A DNA stretch of 64,000 nucleotides from an uncultured Ectothiorhodospiraceae bacterium (GCA_947259415.1 CAMYMI010000007.1:35565-99564), one strand, 5' to 3'; shown: positions 40,360 through 50,534, counted from the first letter of the stretch. The notes: a model not told the origin generated them from the sequence alone. Translations and numbers: made by a program.

Positions 40360-41379
40360 ATGAACGGCTATCTTGAAAACGGTCTTTCCAGGATACGCAA
40401 GATGTTGCGCCGATACCGGCCCCGTAGTCGGGTCGCTGGTCAACCAACGGCCGCTGCCCTGGATACCATCGAGCATGTTATTCAGAGTACCGATGAACGC
40501 ATACGCCTGGTCAATGGCTACAAGCACAGGCTGTTGGACGCCGTAACCACCACACTAGAGTACACCGGCTCAATCATCGACCAGTTCCCCACGGCCATCG
40601 AGGTCAGCAGCAATACCTTTGTTTCCAACCCCTATGTCAATGCCTTCTTCGCCAATATCGAGGAGCTGCAGTCGGTCTTCAGCCGCAGTCCCGAATTGAG
40701 GGATTTTATCGACGATTACCGGCATCACGACGTCAAGGATATCTGCGCGCTGTTGTGCATGCGTAAGGCCGAAAAGACAGCACTGGGGATGGAGTATGCC
40801 GGCAATACCATGAAAAGGGATGTGCGCCAGGTTGCCATCAATTTCTACGACCATCATGTCTATTCACCCGCGCCGACGGAGGCCGAAACACGCCAGGGAC
40901 TGAAAGACTGTCTGCTTGAAGGGTTAACCACGATGGCCCTCGAGCGTGTGGTGCAATTGCGCCTGTCACGACAAACGCTGGAAGACGAGCAACGCATCCT
41001 GCAGGCGAGATTGAGGTCCCAGCAGGCAGACAGCTGGGACAATCTTGACATGGAGAAGTCCCGGGAGAAACTCGGCCAGATTGAGGAGGCCATGAAGGAC
41101 ACACCACCCGCCTCCCCCATGGAAACCCTGAACGTGGTGGAAGAGGTCCTCAGTCACCCGGAGGAATTCGTCAGGCTGGAGATGATGTCACTGCGGGTTG
41201 ACAGGATGGGGATCAAGCGCAGCGAGGACTCCCCCGGGTCAAGCAACAAGCTGGATCTTATCGAGGTGACCATCGGCAAGGATGATCCCAGGGTTATTAC
41301 GCTGGCCAGGTTTCCCAGGAACGAGGTCCTGCCCCGTATCGATATCCATGAATGGACCCGCCAGCGCATGCGGGTCTAG
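40360..41379 (+). CDS. hypothetical protein (339 aa), charged with coiled-coil region, no recognisable domain
   Basis: ORF with AT-rich divergent promoter region shared with the ybaK-like gene. Confidence 0.5.
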   Translation: MNGYLENGLSRIRKMLRRYRPRSRVAGQPTAAALDTIEHVIQSTDERIRLVNGYKHRLLDAVTTTLEYTGSIIDQFPTAIEVSSNTFVSNPYVNAFFANIEELQSVFSRSPELRDFIDDYRHHDVKDICALLCMRKAEKTALGMEYAGNTMKRDVRQVAINFYDHHVYSPAPTEAETRQGLKDCLLEGLTTMALERVVQLRLSRQTLEDEQRILQARLRSQQADSWDNLDMEKSREKLGQIEEAMKDTPPASPMETLNVVEEVLSHPEEFVRLEMMSLRVDRMGIKRSEDSPGSSNKLDLIEVTIGKDDPRVITLARFPRNEVLPRIDIHEWTRQRMRV

Positions 41380-41449
41380 TCCAAGGTTGACTGGCCACCA
41401 CCCCAAGGAAGTCTGAGGCGGAGCAGAACGGCCCTGATTGCAGCCCCCT

Positions 41450-42337
41450 TCAGTCCTCCGGATATGCGACGGCATCCTGAAAGAACGGCAGGTACTCGGT
41501 CCAGTCGTTGACCGGACCGGCATGGAAAAACAGCACAATGCCGTTACGGTCGAGCACGTAGCTTGACGGGAAAATCCTGGCCAGCTCCCGGTCCGGCATC
41601 TTTTCGCCGGCAGCGGTCACCAGGAAGGCATCATCCTCCCCGCTGGCGCCGGAATCTGCCAGGGGCAACCCGGCGAATCCCTGTCGCTGCGCCCACTCAC
41701 GTGCATTGCTGATCGGTTCGCGCAGCTGCAACAGGACCAGGGCGACATCATCACCGGTCTTGTCCAGCAGGATACGGTGCAGGGTGTCCAGGGTGGGCAA
41801 TTCTCGCAGGCATGGTGGGCACCAGCTGCCCCAGAAATGCACCATCACGACCTTGCCGCGCAGGTCGGCAATTGACCGGGACCGTCCGTCCGCACTGGTG
41901 AAGGCGATGTTCGGGAATCGATCACCGACTTGCGTGCCCGTCGCGGCTGTCGCGGCCTGTTCAGCTGTCTTATAGGGCCCCCAGAGCTTGCCCCATGCCT
42001 CGCGCGCGAACTCCAGCGTGTCATCCACGGCATAAGGAATACAGCGCAGGGCCGTGTGCTTCTGGCATTCCTCCACAGCGACCTGGCGGGCCTCCTCGGC
42101 AGTGGCCCTCCCGGATGACCAGGCCCAGGCCCCGCCCGGTGCGATCGCGAATGCGCGGTGCCTGTCGGCCGACAGAAAGACCTGCTGATAGGTCGCACGC
42201 GCGCGTTCACCGACATGCGGGATGGCGTCCGCGTCATCAATTCCGGCAGCGCTGACGGTGTTACCCGGAATGAAAAACAGGCACGGCAGCAGGATAAAAA
42301 AGAGAGCCCGGATTAACGGACTCTCAGGTTTCGCCAT
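41450..42337 (-). CDS. TlpA/ResA-family thiol:disulfide oxidoreductase
   Basis: Thioredoxin-fold WCPPC motif, N-terminal signal/anchor; start at MAKPESP. Confidence 0.8.
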   Translation of the reverse strand: MAKPESPLIRALFFILLPCLFFIPGNTVSAAGIDDADAIPHVGERARATYQQVFLSADRHRAFAIAPGGAWAWSSGRATAEEARQVAVEECQKHTALRCIPYAVDDTLEFAREAWGKLWGPYKTAEQAATAATGTQVGDRFPNIAFTSADGRSRSIADLRGKVVMVHFWGSWCPPCLRELPTLDTLHRILLDKTGDDVALVLLQLREPISNAREWAQRQGFAGLPLADSGASGEDDAFLVTAAGEKMPDRELARIFPSSYVLDRNGIVLFFHAGPVNDWTEYLPFFQDAVAYPED

Positions 42338-42388
42338 GATTGCTTGCCTTGTACCAGGCATTGCTGTTGTTATTCGGTTTATCCCGTG

Positions 42389-42982
42389 CTAATCGATCTC
42401 TTCCCAGCCGGTGATCATCGCCTTGATGTGCGACATCGGCTTGTGGCCGGTAGTGGCAAGATAGATGTGCGCAATGAAGAAGATCAGCATCATGAAGGCG
42501 CCGATGACGTGCGCGGTGGCCACCCACTCCAGGTTCAACCAGCCCAGGCCCCAGCTTTCCCATGACGTATAGAACAGGTACAGCAGCCCGGTGGCCCAGA
42601 TCAACGGGTTGATCATCAGTTTTACAAACAGGTAGGCCAGGCGCTGCAGAGGATTATGCTTGTGCAGCGTGGTCTGACGAAACGGATGCGGCGCATGGCT
42701 GAAGATACCCGTGAGGTAGTAACGCATCATCGCCTCCACCTTGTCCATGGTGGGCACGTACTGCTTCCATTCACCGGTGGTGAAATGCCAGAAGATGGCG
42801 AACACCCACAGGGTGATCAGCGCCCAGGCGGACAGGGTATGCAATTCCACGGCGCGTTCAAAACCCAGGTTGCTGTAGGTACCGTGGATTTCAAAACCCG
42901 TGATCATCATCACGATGATCAGCAGGGCCTGGGTCCAGTGCCAAAAGCGTTCGAAGCGTTTAAAGATGTATATTTTCTCCAT
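42389..42982 (-). CDS. membrane di-haem cytochrome b (FdnI/HyaC-like b-type subunit)
   Basis: 4 TM helices with conserved His pairs (WHWTQ, HTLSAW, HVIGAF, AHIYL); 4 nt downstream of the octaheme gene stop. Confidence 0.75.
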   Translation of the reverse strand: MEKIYIFKRFERFWHWTQALLIIVMMITGFEIHGTYSNLGFERAVELHTLSAWALITLWVFAIFWHFTTGEWKQYVPTMDKVEAMMRYYLTGIFSHAPHPFRQTTLHKHNPLQRLAYLFVKLMINPLIWATGLLYLFYTSWESWGLGWLNLEWVATAHVIGAFMMLIFFIAHIYLATTGHKPMSHIKAMITGWEEID

Positions 42983-42986
42983 TGTC

Positions 42987-44747
42987 TTAATCCTCTCTCT
43001 TGGCAAGGATGACACGGATACCACCGTGGATCAGGACACCAATCAGTGCCAGCAAGGCCACTCCAAAGCCAATCATGTCGAGGAGCGGCATCCTGTCACG
43101 CGCCGGCAGGTAGATGCCATCAATACCGGCCAGGCGGCCACCATCGGTATGACAGCTTTCACACGCCAGTGCATCCTCCTTCGGTGACACCATGTGGGTA
43201 ATCGGCCAGCTCATCTCGGTGGACACGAAGCCGAGCTCCCCGCTGTATTCGGAACCGGCGGTCCGCATACCCACTTCCATGGCCTTGTCCCAGTCGTAGT
43301 TACCCCAGAAGGCGGCATCATCTTTACCTGCGGTGTGCAGGACGGCCAGGGTCTGCAGGCCCTTGTCGTACATCTGTTTGCCACGGAACACGCGCACCGG
43401 CCAGATGCGGGCCTCCGGATCATCCGCGTCACCCTGGAACTCGTTGATCTTGACAACGCTGTCTTCACTGACCTTGTCACCGAACAGGGTGTAATTCACC
43501 TTGCCGTTGAACCACTGGTACTCGGGTACCACGTAACGGTCATAGGTGAAGTTGCCCTTCTTGCTGTCGTAGACGACCTTGCCCGCGCTGTTCTTGAGCT
43601 GGATACGGTGACCCTGCTCATCGAGCTTGCCGGCCGTGGACCAGTCCCAGCTCATCTTGGTCTGCAGCGTGCTGCGTGCATACGCCGGGATGTGGCAGGT
43701 CTGGCAGGCCAGCTTGCGGGTGTGGTCATTGAGCTTTGCCGCCTTGTCGGGATGCGGCGTATTGCCGTGACAGGCCACGCAGGTGGTGGGATTGCGCGGG
43801 TCCTGGCTGCCGGGTACCAGCACGCCCTTTTCGTCCGCCGCGGTCGGACCGTAGCGGCTGCCCGACACCTCGTGTTCATCGGTCACATGACATGTCGAGC
43901 AGGTGAAGTTCAGCCCCTTGCTGTCCATGTGCACATCAAGATAGCGCCCCGGATTCGTCAGCGAGCTGTCGAGGTCGCCGTGCTTGACGGCATCACCGCC
44001 ACCGCCATAGAAATGACAGGTACCGCAGGTCTTGCGGCTGGTCGGTCCGACATTCTGGGCGACCTGCTTCAGGTCGGTGGGCGGCCGGAACTTGCCTGAA
44101 TGCGGCGGCCACTCGATGGTTTCATAGTTGGGATGACCCGACAGCCCCGGAAGCTTCTTGTAGGTCCCGGTGGTGTCGTGGCAGACCAGACAGTCGACAT
44201 TGGCCTCGGCAGTGAAATCGAAGCTGTCATCTGCCCACCCGTAACCGATATGACAGGCCGAACAGAAGGTGTTATTTGACTTGACCGAGGTACAGAAGTT
44301 GTTGATGACGTGCTTCTTGCCCAGTTTCTGACCGGTATCCGGATTGATGTATTCCCAGCTCCAGTGCTTGGTCTTGTGGATCTGCTTGGCGGCTTCGGTG
44401 TGACATTTAAGACAGGCCTTGGTCACTTGCGGTCCTGACTTGAAGTCGATATCGAGTTCCTCGAACTTGGAGTGATCCGCGGTGGACTTGCTTTTCTCTT
44501 CCACCGGTTCCTCGACCGCGACCTGCTTCGGTGCCGGGACACTCTGTATACTTTCGGCTGCGGCCTTTTCGTCCTCACCGGCGACCTTGACCACAGCGCC
44601 TTCAATGGCCTGTTCTATTTCTGCAACCGCACCCTTCTCTGCTTCGGCCAGGGGTGTCGCCGTAGCAATGACCGGACTGGATACTGCCAGGGCCAGTGCG
44701 AATGCAATTCCCAGCACCGGAGCAATCACTCGATCTATGGTAAACAT
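42987..44747 (-). CDS. octaheme c-type cytochrome (OTR/HAO-superfamily-like) with C-terminal TM anchor
   Basis: Eight CxxCH motifs (CLKCH, CSACH, CLVCH, CGTCH, CSTCH, CVACH, CQTCH, CESCH), signal peptide from MFTIDRV, C-terminal hydrophobic helix. Confidence 0.85.
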   Translation of the reverse strand: MFTIDRVIAPVLGIAFALALAVSSPVIATATPLAEAEKGAVAEIEQAIEGAVVKVAGEDEKAAAESIQSVPAPKQVAVEEPVEEKSKSTADHSKFEELDIDFKSGPQVTKACLKCHTEAAKQIHKTKHWSWEYINPDTGQKLGKKHVINNFCTSVKSNNTFCSACHIGYGWADDSFDFTAEANVDCLVCHDTTGTYKKLPGLSGHPNYETIEWPPHSGKFRPPTDLKQVAQNVGPTSRKTCGTCHFYGGGGDAVKHGDLDSSLTNPGRYLDVHMDSKGLNFTCSTCHVTDEHEVSGSRYGPTAADEKGVLVPGSQDPRNPTTCVACHGNTPHPDKAAKLNDHTRKLACQTCHIPAYARSTLQTKMSWDWSTAGKLDEQGHRIQLKNSAGKVVYDSKKGNFTYDRYVVPEYQWFNGKVNYTLFGDKVSEDSVVKINEFQGDADDPEARIWPVRVFRGKQMYDKGLQTLAVLHTAGKDDAAFWGNYDWDKAMEVGMRTAGSEYSGELGFVSTEMSWPITHMVSPKEDALACESCHTDGGRLAGIDGIYLPARDRMPLLDMIGFGVALLALIGVLIHGGIRVILAKRED

Positions 44748-44871
44748 GGCCTCTCTCCGCTGGAATGGATGAGCTAATGCTAAAAAATCGTTTACTACTA
44801 TACAAACAACCGACCGCTGGGCAGCGGCCACTAACGGCCGCTGCATCAGCAGGGTCAGATAAGCAGACCCC

Positions 44872-45417
44872 TCAGCATCCGCTGACTTCCGGTCCACCGG
44901 CGCCACCACCGCCCGGTTTCACCTTGATCAACGGCGGCGCCGGCTGGTTCGGATCGAACTTCAGGAACTCGGCCTGATCCTTGGCGACCTCGTTCATGAC
45001 AGCGGCCACCTTCTTGCCAAACAGCCTGCCCATCAGAGCGGAGTTCATGGTACCGATATAGGTCTTGCCATCATCCTTCTTGTAGACGGTAATGGTGCAC
45101 GGCATCATGATGGACAGGATGCGCGCCTGGTCATCAGCAAGCAGCACTCCCGAGTAGTCGGTACTGCAGGCCTCCACCAGCAGCACGGGCGGTACGTTCC
45201 TGCCCGAATTGGCAACGGCCTTGGACGGATCCCGCAACCCGGAAAGTGTCCATCCGCGGTGGCCCATCCTCTGGATATTGGCCTGAATCCGGGCGGCCGT
45301 CTCCTCGATACCGAACGGGCTCTCATGCTCGACCATCATGAAACTGCCAGCTGTGTTAAACCCGACGATTCCCAGCAGGGCGATGCCTGCGATAAATCCC
45401 ATAACTGCTTTCCACAT
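44872..45417 (-). CDS. DUF302 domain protein with N-terminal TM segment
   Basis: Length and conserved core consistent with DUF302; Gly-rich C-terminal tail. Confidence 0.65.
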   Translation of the reverse strand: MWKAVMGFIAGIALLGIVGFNTAGSFMMVEHESPFGIEETAARIQANIQRMGHRGWTLSGLRDPSKAVANSGRNVPPVLLVEACSTDYSGVLLADDQARILSIMMPCTITVYKKDDGKTYIGTMNSALMGRLFGKKVAAVMNEVAKDQAEFLKFDPNQPAPPLIKVKPGGGGAGGPEVSGC

Positions 45418-45872
45418 GGCGAATCCTCCTGAAAATATCCATCTTAATCCGGGCCACTATGGCCATAACAAGATGTTAGCATATTTTTACATTATTATTT
45501 ACTTATTTTCTTTGATCCAGGACAAGAAAATTGCCATATCCTGGGCTTCTTGCGGGCTCAATGACGATTCCCGATGGCAAGCAGCAGCGTTCACTAACAT
45601 CCCGGGGGGGTGGGTACAGGCCTGCTTCCGGTACCGAGTGACCGGCATAATGACTCCTTACATCCCGGTGGCAGGATTATACCCCGACAGGACGCGACCG
45701 GACTGCCTGGACTGACTAAAAGTACCAATGTTCTCTCATTCATTGGTAAGCTTGCCGCTTGTTCTCATAGCTGTTCTGACGCCCGCACTGAATTCAGGCT
45801 GAACGTGATTACCGTGATTTTCCTCGCGCCCGGTTTTCCACAAACCCGGCTTTTTTTGGGAGGCCATAACTG

Positions 45873-46430
45873 ATGCTTGATGATCTGCATGTCCGGGATT
45901 TCTATATTCCCATCACCGACTATCCCCACGTTTCCGTTTCGGCCTCCATCTGCGACGCCATCCAAATGATGCACAACAGCCTGATCGAGGGCCACAAGTA
46001 CCGCACCATCCTGGTAACCGACGATGACCAGCACCTGCAGGGTTATCTCTCACTGCGTGACCTGACTCGGGCTATCGGACCGAAGTATCTCAGTAAAAAA
46101 GCACCCGATTACAAGGGACACCAGCCCTTCATGGGGATCAGCGAAGATTTCACCGCGTTGTCACTGATCTGGCAGGAAGGCTTCACCCTGAAGATCATGG
46201 AGGAGGCCAGGAAACCCGTATCCGATGTCCTGACGCTGATCAAGAACACGGTCAGCCTCAACGATCCCTTTGCCAAGTGCGCCTACCTGCTTCTGGTTGA
46301 GGACGTCCTGATTCTCCCGGTGGTGGATGATGACAAGGTCATCGGTGTGGTGCGACTGGTCGACATCTTCGAGCGTATCGCCGACACGATTTGCACCCAG
46401 AAAAAATTGCATGAGGCCTCCGGGGACTGA
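45873..46430 (+). CDS. CBS-pair domain protein
   Basis: Two CBS motifs (ILVTDDDQHLQGYLSLRDL and ILPVVDDDKVIGVVRLVDI). Confidence 0.7.
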   Translation: MLDDLHVRDFYIPITDYPHVSVSASICDAIQMMHNSLIEGHKYRTILVTDDDQHLQGYLSLRDLTRAIGPKYLSKKAPDYKGHQPFMGISEDFTALSLIWQEGFTLKIMEEARKPVSDVLTLIKNTVSLNDPFAKCAYLLLVEDVLILPVVDDDKVIGVVRLVDIFERIADTICTQKKLHEASGD

Positions 46431-46449
46431 TGTTCACAGGCAGATTCAG

Positions 46450-47925
46450 ATGAAAACGCCCCTACATTTTCGCAAGCCCGCACTGGAGCTTGATTTAAAG
46501 CGGATCTCCTTCATTGTGTTCGGTTTGGGCGCATTTATGGTCGTTTACCTGATAGACCCGCTGCCCGATGCCATCGACCCCGCAGGCGAGCACTTCCAGC
46601 TCACGCGTGAAGGCAAGGCCGCGATTGCCCTGTTTCTGCTGGCCGGGATCTGGTGGGTCTTCGAGGTGATCCCGATCGGGGTCACCAGCCTGGTCATCGG
46701 CGTGGTACAGGCCTTGTTCTTTATCCGCCCAGCCGAAGTGGCCTTCAAGGATTTCATGGACCCCTCGGTGATGTTCATCTTCGGCTCGCTGGTCATCGGC
46801 ATGGTGTTCACCAAGGTGGGACTGACCAAGCGCCTGGCTTACAAGATGCTGACGGTGGTCGGCGATCGCACCAGTATGATCTACCTGGGCTGCTTCGTCG
46901 TCACCGCCGCGCTGACCCACATCATGGCGCACACGGCGGTTGCCGCCACCATGTTCCCGATCCTGATGGCCATTTATTCCCTCTATGGAGAGGACGATGT
47001 GCCCTCGCGTTTCGGCAAGGGACTGTTCATCGGCATGGCCTTCGTGGCCGGGGCCGGCAGCATGATCACCCTGCTGGGTGCTGCGCGTGGTGCCGTGGCC
47101 ATCGGTTTCTACAATGATATCGTTGGTCAGCAGGTAACGTTTTTCGAATTGACCTATTTCATGTTCCCGATCGGCTGGTTGCTGGTGTTTCTGGTCTGGG
47201 GCCTGATCATGTTGTTGTTCAGGCCGGAAAAGGCGACCATACCGGGACTGAAGGAAAAGGCCAAGCGCCTCTACGAGGAAACCGGGTCCCTCTCCGGCCA
47301 GGAAATCTTCGTGGCAGTTGTCGTCCTCGGGGTGATCATCACCCTGTCACTCAAGTCGTTCATCCCGGCCATGTCCGAGGTCGACAAGACCTCCGTGGTG
47401 CTGGTCTCGACGGTCCTGTTTTTCATGTTCCGCATCCTCTCGCTGCAGGATCTCGAGCAGATCCCGTGGAATATTATCCTGCTGTTCGCCGGCGCCATGA
47501 GCATCGGCTTTTGTCTGTGGGAAACCGGCGCGGCAAAATGGATGGCGGTCAACTGGCTAGTCATGTTCCAGAATTCCAGCTGGTTCGTTTTCGTGATGGG
47601 CATCGCCTTTTTCATCATGCTGATGACCAACTTCATCATGAACGTGGCCGCAATCGCGATCTCCCTGCCGGTGGCACTGGTGATCGCACCCTACCTGGGT
47701 GTGGCGGAGGAAGTCGTACTGTTCGCTGCCCTCGCGGTGGCGGCCTGCCCCTACCTGCTGCTGGTCGGGGCCGCCCCCAACGCCATTGCCTACGACTCGA
47801 AACAGTTCACCGCGGCCCAGTTTTTCAAGGCGGGCATACCGGGTAGCTTGCTGCTGATGGCCGTTGTGGCCTTCGCTGTCGGCATCGTCTGGCCGCTGAT
47901 GGGGATGCCGGTCACTACGCTGTAG
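46450..47925 (+). CDS. DASS/SLC13-family anion:sodium symporter (ArsB/NhaD superfamily)
   Basis: About 490 aa polytopic permease with the internally duplicated architecture of divalent anion:Na+ symporters; start at MKTPLHF. Confidence 0.75.
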   Translation: MKTPLHFRKPALELDLKRISFIVFGLGAFMVVYLIDPLPDAIDPAGEHFQLTREGKAAIALFLLAGIWWVFEVIPIGVTSLVIGVVQALFFIRPAEVAFKDFMDPSVMFIFGSLVIGMVFTKVGLTKRLAYKMLTVVGDRTSMIYLGCFVVTAALTHIMAHTAVAATMFPILMAIYSLYGEDDVPSRFGKGLFIGMAFVAGAGSMITLLGAARGAVAIGFYNDIVGQQVTFFELTYFMFPIGWLLVFLVWGLIMLLFRPEKATIPGLKEKAKRLYEETGSLSGQEIFVAVVVLGVIITLSLKSFIPAMSEVDKTSVVLVSTVLFFMFRILSLQDLEQIPWNIILLFAGAMSIGFCLWETGAAKWMAVNWLVMFQNSSWFVFVMGIAFFIMLMTNFIMNVAAIAISLPVALVIAPYLGVAEEVVLFAALAVAACPYLLLVGAAPNAIAYDSKQFTAAQFFKAGIPGSLLLMAVVAFAVGIVWPLMGMPVTTL

Positions 47926-48039
47926 GCCTTGTCACACCGCTATCCAGCGGACGCATACCCGAAAACAAAACGGCCGGCGCGGTAATCCGCGCCGGCCGCC
48001 TGCTGTGAACTTCAATGAGCGTTTACGAAGGAGTTGGCA

Positions 48040-48270
48040 CTATTCCTCGTGCACGTCCTTATGCTGGCCGTCACCCGGGCCCATCGCCTGGGGGTTGTCC
48101 AGGTTGTGCTCGAAGTCTTCGCCGGGGTGTTCCACCGGGATATCCTGAAACTCCGCCTTGCTCGCTTCGGATTCGAAGTAGATCTTGAGGTCACCATCAA
48201 TGATGTACGGTGCATTCTCGAGATCTGTCACTTCATTGCCGGTGATCGGATCGGTTGTTTCAACAATCAT
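48040..48270 (-). CDS. small protein with degenerate YHS-like domain (metal-binding Cys absent)
   Basis: TDPITGNEV...YIIDGDLKIYFESEASKAEF mirrors the YHS pattern DPVCGM...Y.G..YYFCS..C...F but lacks the cysteines. Confidence 0.35.
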   Translation of the reverse strand: MIVETTDPITGNEVTDLENAPYIIDGDLKIYFESEASKAEFQDIPVEHPGEDFEHNLDNPQAMGPGDGQHKDVHEE

Positions 48271-48364
48271 TGCATGCCCTCCCTCATTATTTACAATATT
48301 TACAATGGCTTTATATAATCATTAGGTAGCTCTGAAACGCTAGCAAATCGAAAACCCAAAAAAA

Positions 48365-48378
48365 TTGACCTAGGTCAA
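48365..48378. promoter_or_regulatory. FNR/FixK/Dnr-type box (perfect 14-bp palindrome TTGACCTAGGTCAA)
   Basis: TTGA-N6-TCAA / TTGAC-N4-GTCAA, flanked by A-tracts, 150 bp upstream of the membrane cytochrome c gene and 95 bp upstream of the divergent YHS-like gene. Confidence 0.45.
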
Positions 48379-48526
48379 AAAAGCGCTCCTTATTGCAGGT
48401 CCCGCAAGCTGACAGCCGCCGCCCGCGGGCACCTCACCGCTGCGTCCACTAGCTCCTGCAGGTCTGAGACTAATGGCAGCAACATTCTGTTATTATAGCG
48501 GTGAAAACAAGAGGGAGGGGAGATTC

Positions 48527-49294
48527 ATGAAAACAACAAGTTTCGACCACTTCCAGCAGCAGCCAATCGGCTGTCGGGCACTCTACACCATGACCCTCCT
48601 GGTCCTGGGAACAGGCTACCTGTTCGCCATGATCCAGACCTTTCATGTCCACTCTGGCCGTGACGGAAAACCGGGCTTGTCACACACCGACATTCAGATT
48701 GCCTACAGCGGCTCCCAGTCGGATACCCGTCTGGAGGCCGCTCTCAAAGGCTCGATGTCGGGGATGATCAGATCGGAGGATGCCGCGGTGATCAGTGGTT
48801 GGGTCCGCGGTGGTGCCAAGATGGAAAAGTTCCAGCAGCAGGTGGAACCATTGCTACAGGCCCACTGTTCCAGCTGCCATGGCACGGACTCGCAAATGCG
48901 CCTGGCCAACCCGCACATACCGAACCTGGGCACCTATGCTGATGTCATGAAGATGGTCCAGCTCGATACGGGAGCGGACGTCTTCACCATGGTCCGCGTC
49001 TCCCATATCCACCTGTTCGGGATGACCTTCATCTTCTTCATCATGGGCACGATCTTCCTCCATGTACAGATGAAAGCTATCTGGTTGAAGTGCCTCATCC
49101 TCATTACACCGTTTGTTGCCATCATCGTTGACATCATGTCCTGGTATTTGACCAAGTTGTACCAGCCGTTCGCCTGGGTGGTCTATTTCAGCGGAGTCTT
49201 GATGGCGATGGCATTCACCGTCCAGTGGTTTATGTCGATGTACCAGCTGTGGTTTTTCAAGTTGCCCCCGGAGCAAGCGGAAACCGGGGATTAG
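48527..49294 (+). CDS. membrane-anchored monoheme c-type cytochrome (N-terminal TM, haem domain, 3 C-terminal TM)
   Basis: Single CSSCH motif in the context LLQAHCSSCHG; hydrophobic helices before and after. Confidence 0.55.
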   Translation: MKTTSFDHFQQQPIGCRALYTMTLLVLGTGYLFAMIQTFHVHSGRDGKPGLSHTDIQIAYSGSQSDTRLEAALKGSMSGMIRSEDAAVISGWVRGGAKMEKFQQQVEPLLQAHCSSCHGTDSQMRLANPHIPNLGTYADVMKMVQLDTGADVFTMVRVSHIHLFGMTFIFFIMGTIFLHVQMKAIWLKCLILITPFVAIIVDIMSWYLTKLYQPFAWVVYFSGVLMAMAFTVQWFMSMYQLWFFKLPPEQAETGD

Positions 49295-49414
49295 CGTGTG
49301 CCAACCACACCTTTGCAAGGCGGTTGAACCGAGACAGCCACGCTGAAATCTGGTTATCCGAATCAAGTTGGTGTAACGTTAACGCGCATAGAAACAGTCA
49401 TCAGGGAGAATGAA

Positions 49415-49813
49415 ATGCGTTCCAGTGTAGTGATCATCGGACTTGCCATCGCCGCACCATTTCTTGGTACGGGCTGCAGCAAACAGGTCAGTTATGCAGC
49501 CGATATACAACCGTTGCTGAATCAGTACTGTGTACAGTGCCATGACGGCACAGGCGAGGGTTCCCAGAAGAGCGGCTTCATCATGACGAATTATGACAGT
49601 GTAATGAAAGGCACCAAGTTCGGTCCAGTCGTTGTCGCCGGGGACAGCGAATCCAGCACCCTGTACCGGATCATCAGCGGCAAGGTCAGTCCCAAGATCG
49701 ACATGCCGCCGACCGGACCGGAGTCCGTGGCCATCGGACGCGGACATAAAATGACCCCGGATGCCATCACCGCCTTCCAGCAGTGGATCGATCAGGGCGC
49801 ACTCAATAACTAG
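49415..49813 (+). CDS. monoheme cytochrome c lipoprotein
   Basis: Lipobox LGTGC; haem motif LLNQYCVQCHDG paralogous to that of the upstream membrane cytochrome. Confidence 0.7.
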   Translation: MRSSVVIIGLAIAAPFLGTGCSKQVSYAADIQPLLNQYCVQCHDGTGEGSQKSGFIMTNYDSVMKGTKFGPVVVAGDSESSTLYRIISGKVSPKIDMPPTGPESVAIGRGHKMTPDAITAFQQWIDQGALNN

Positions 49814-50024
49814 TTTCGGGATACAGTCAGCAGCACGCTTCCGCCTGAAGTGCGCTGCCGCCGCTGACTGCCAGCCGTCGTGCACCGGGTCACCGTCTCC
49901 GCCGCTACTGGCAAACCCGTTATTGTCGTTATCCAACTGATTCTGCTAATTTTATTCTCGACTAACCCAGCTTGCATGGTATAAGATTGACAATATCCCA
50001 TATATTTTAAGGGCTTAAACCACC

Positions 50025-50534
50025 ATGATCATCGAAGACTGGATACTCGCGACCCTCATTATCATGTTCATCCTGGCATGCGGCTGGCTCTACGTGATCT
50101 GGCAGAATACCCAGCGATCGGAGCGCCAGATCCGCCAGGTCGTCTCGCAGCAGACCCTGATCGGCACCGATATCAGTGCCCGCTCGCTTTGCCATGCCGT
50201 GCATTACCTGCACCCCAGCATGCACGCGGGTGTCGACTTTGTGATCAAGCACGATGACCCCGGTAAGCCGCCCTATATTGCCGAATGGAATTCGACCCAG
50301 GAAAAACCTACAGCCGAGCAACTCAGGGCGGCGCTCACCAAGATCTCGGAACATGGCCTGCTGGAGAATTACGCCATACGTCGCCAGGCTGAATATCCCA
50401 GCATCGGTGACCAGCTCGACGCAGCCTTCAAGGCCCGTCATGGCGACAAGACCGAGCAGATGGAACAGGACAGGAGGATCCAGGAGATCAAGGACAGATA
50501 TCCGAAGACCTCCGGCGAATGCGGCGAGATGTAA
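50025..50534 (+). CDS. hypothetical protein with N-terminal TM anchor
   Basis: ORF only; no recognised motif. Confidence 0.4.
   Translation: MIIEDWILATLIIMFILACGWLYVIWQNTQRSERQIRQVVSQQTLIGTDISARSLCHAVHYLHPSMHAGVDFVIKHDDPGKPPYIAEWNSTQEKPTAEQLRAALTKISEHGLLENYAIRRQAEYPSIGDQLDAAFKARHGDKTEQMEQDRRIQEIKDRYPKTSGECGEM

Noticed and set aside
45738-45753. Second sigma-54-like element TGGTAAgcttgccGCT upstream of the CBS gene
   Set aside because: The GG-N10-GC spacing is right but only 9 of 12 consensus positions match, and the -12 TTGC is absent. Too weak to call.
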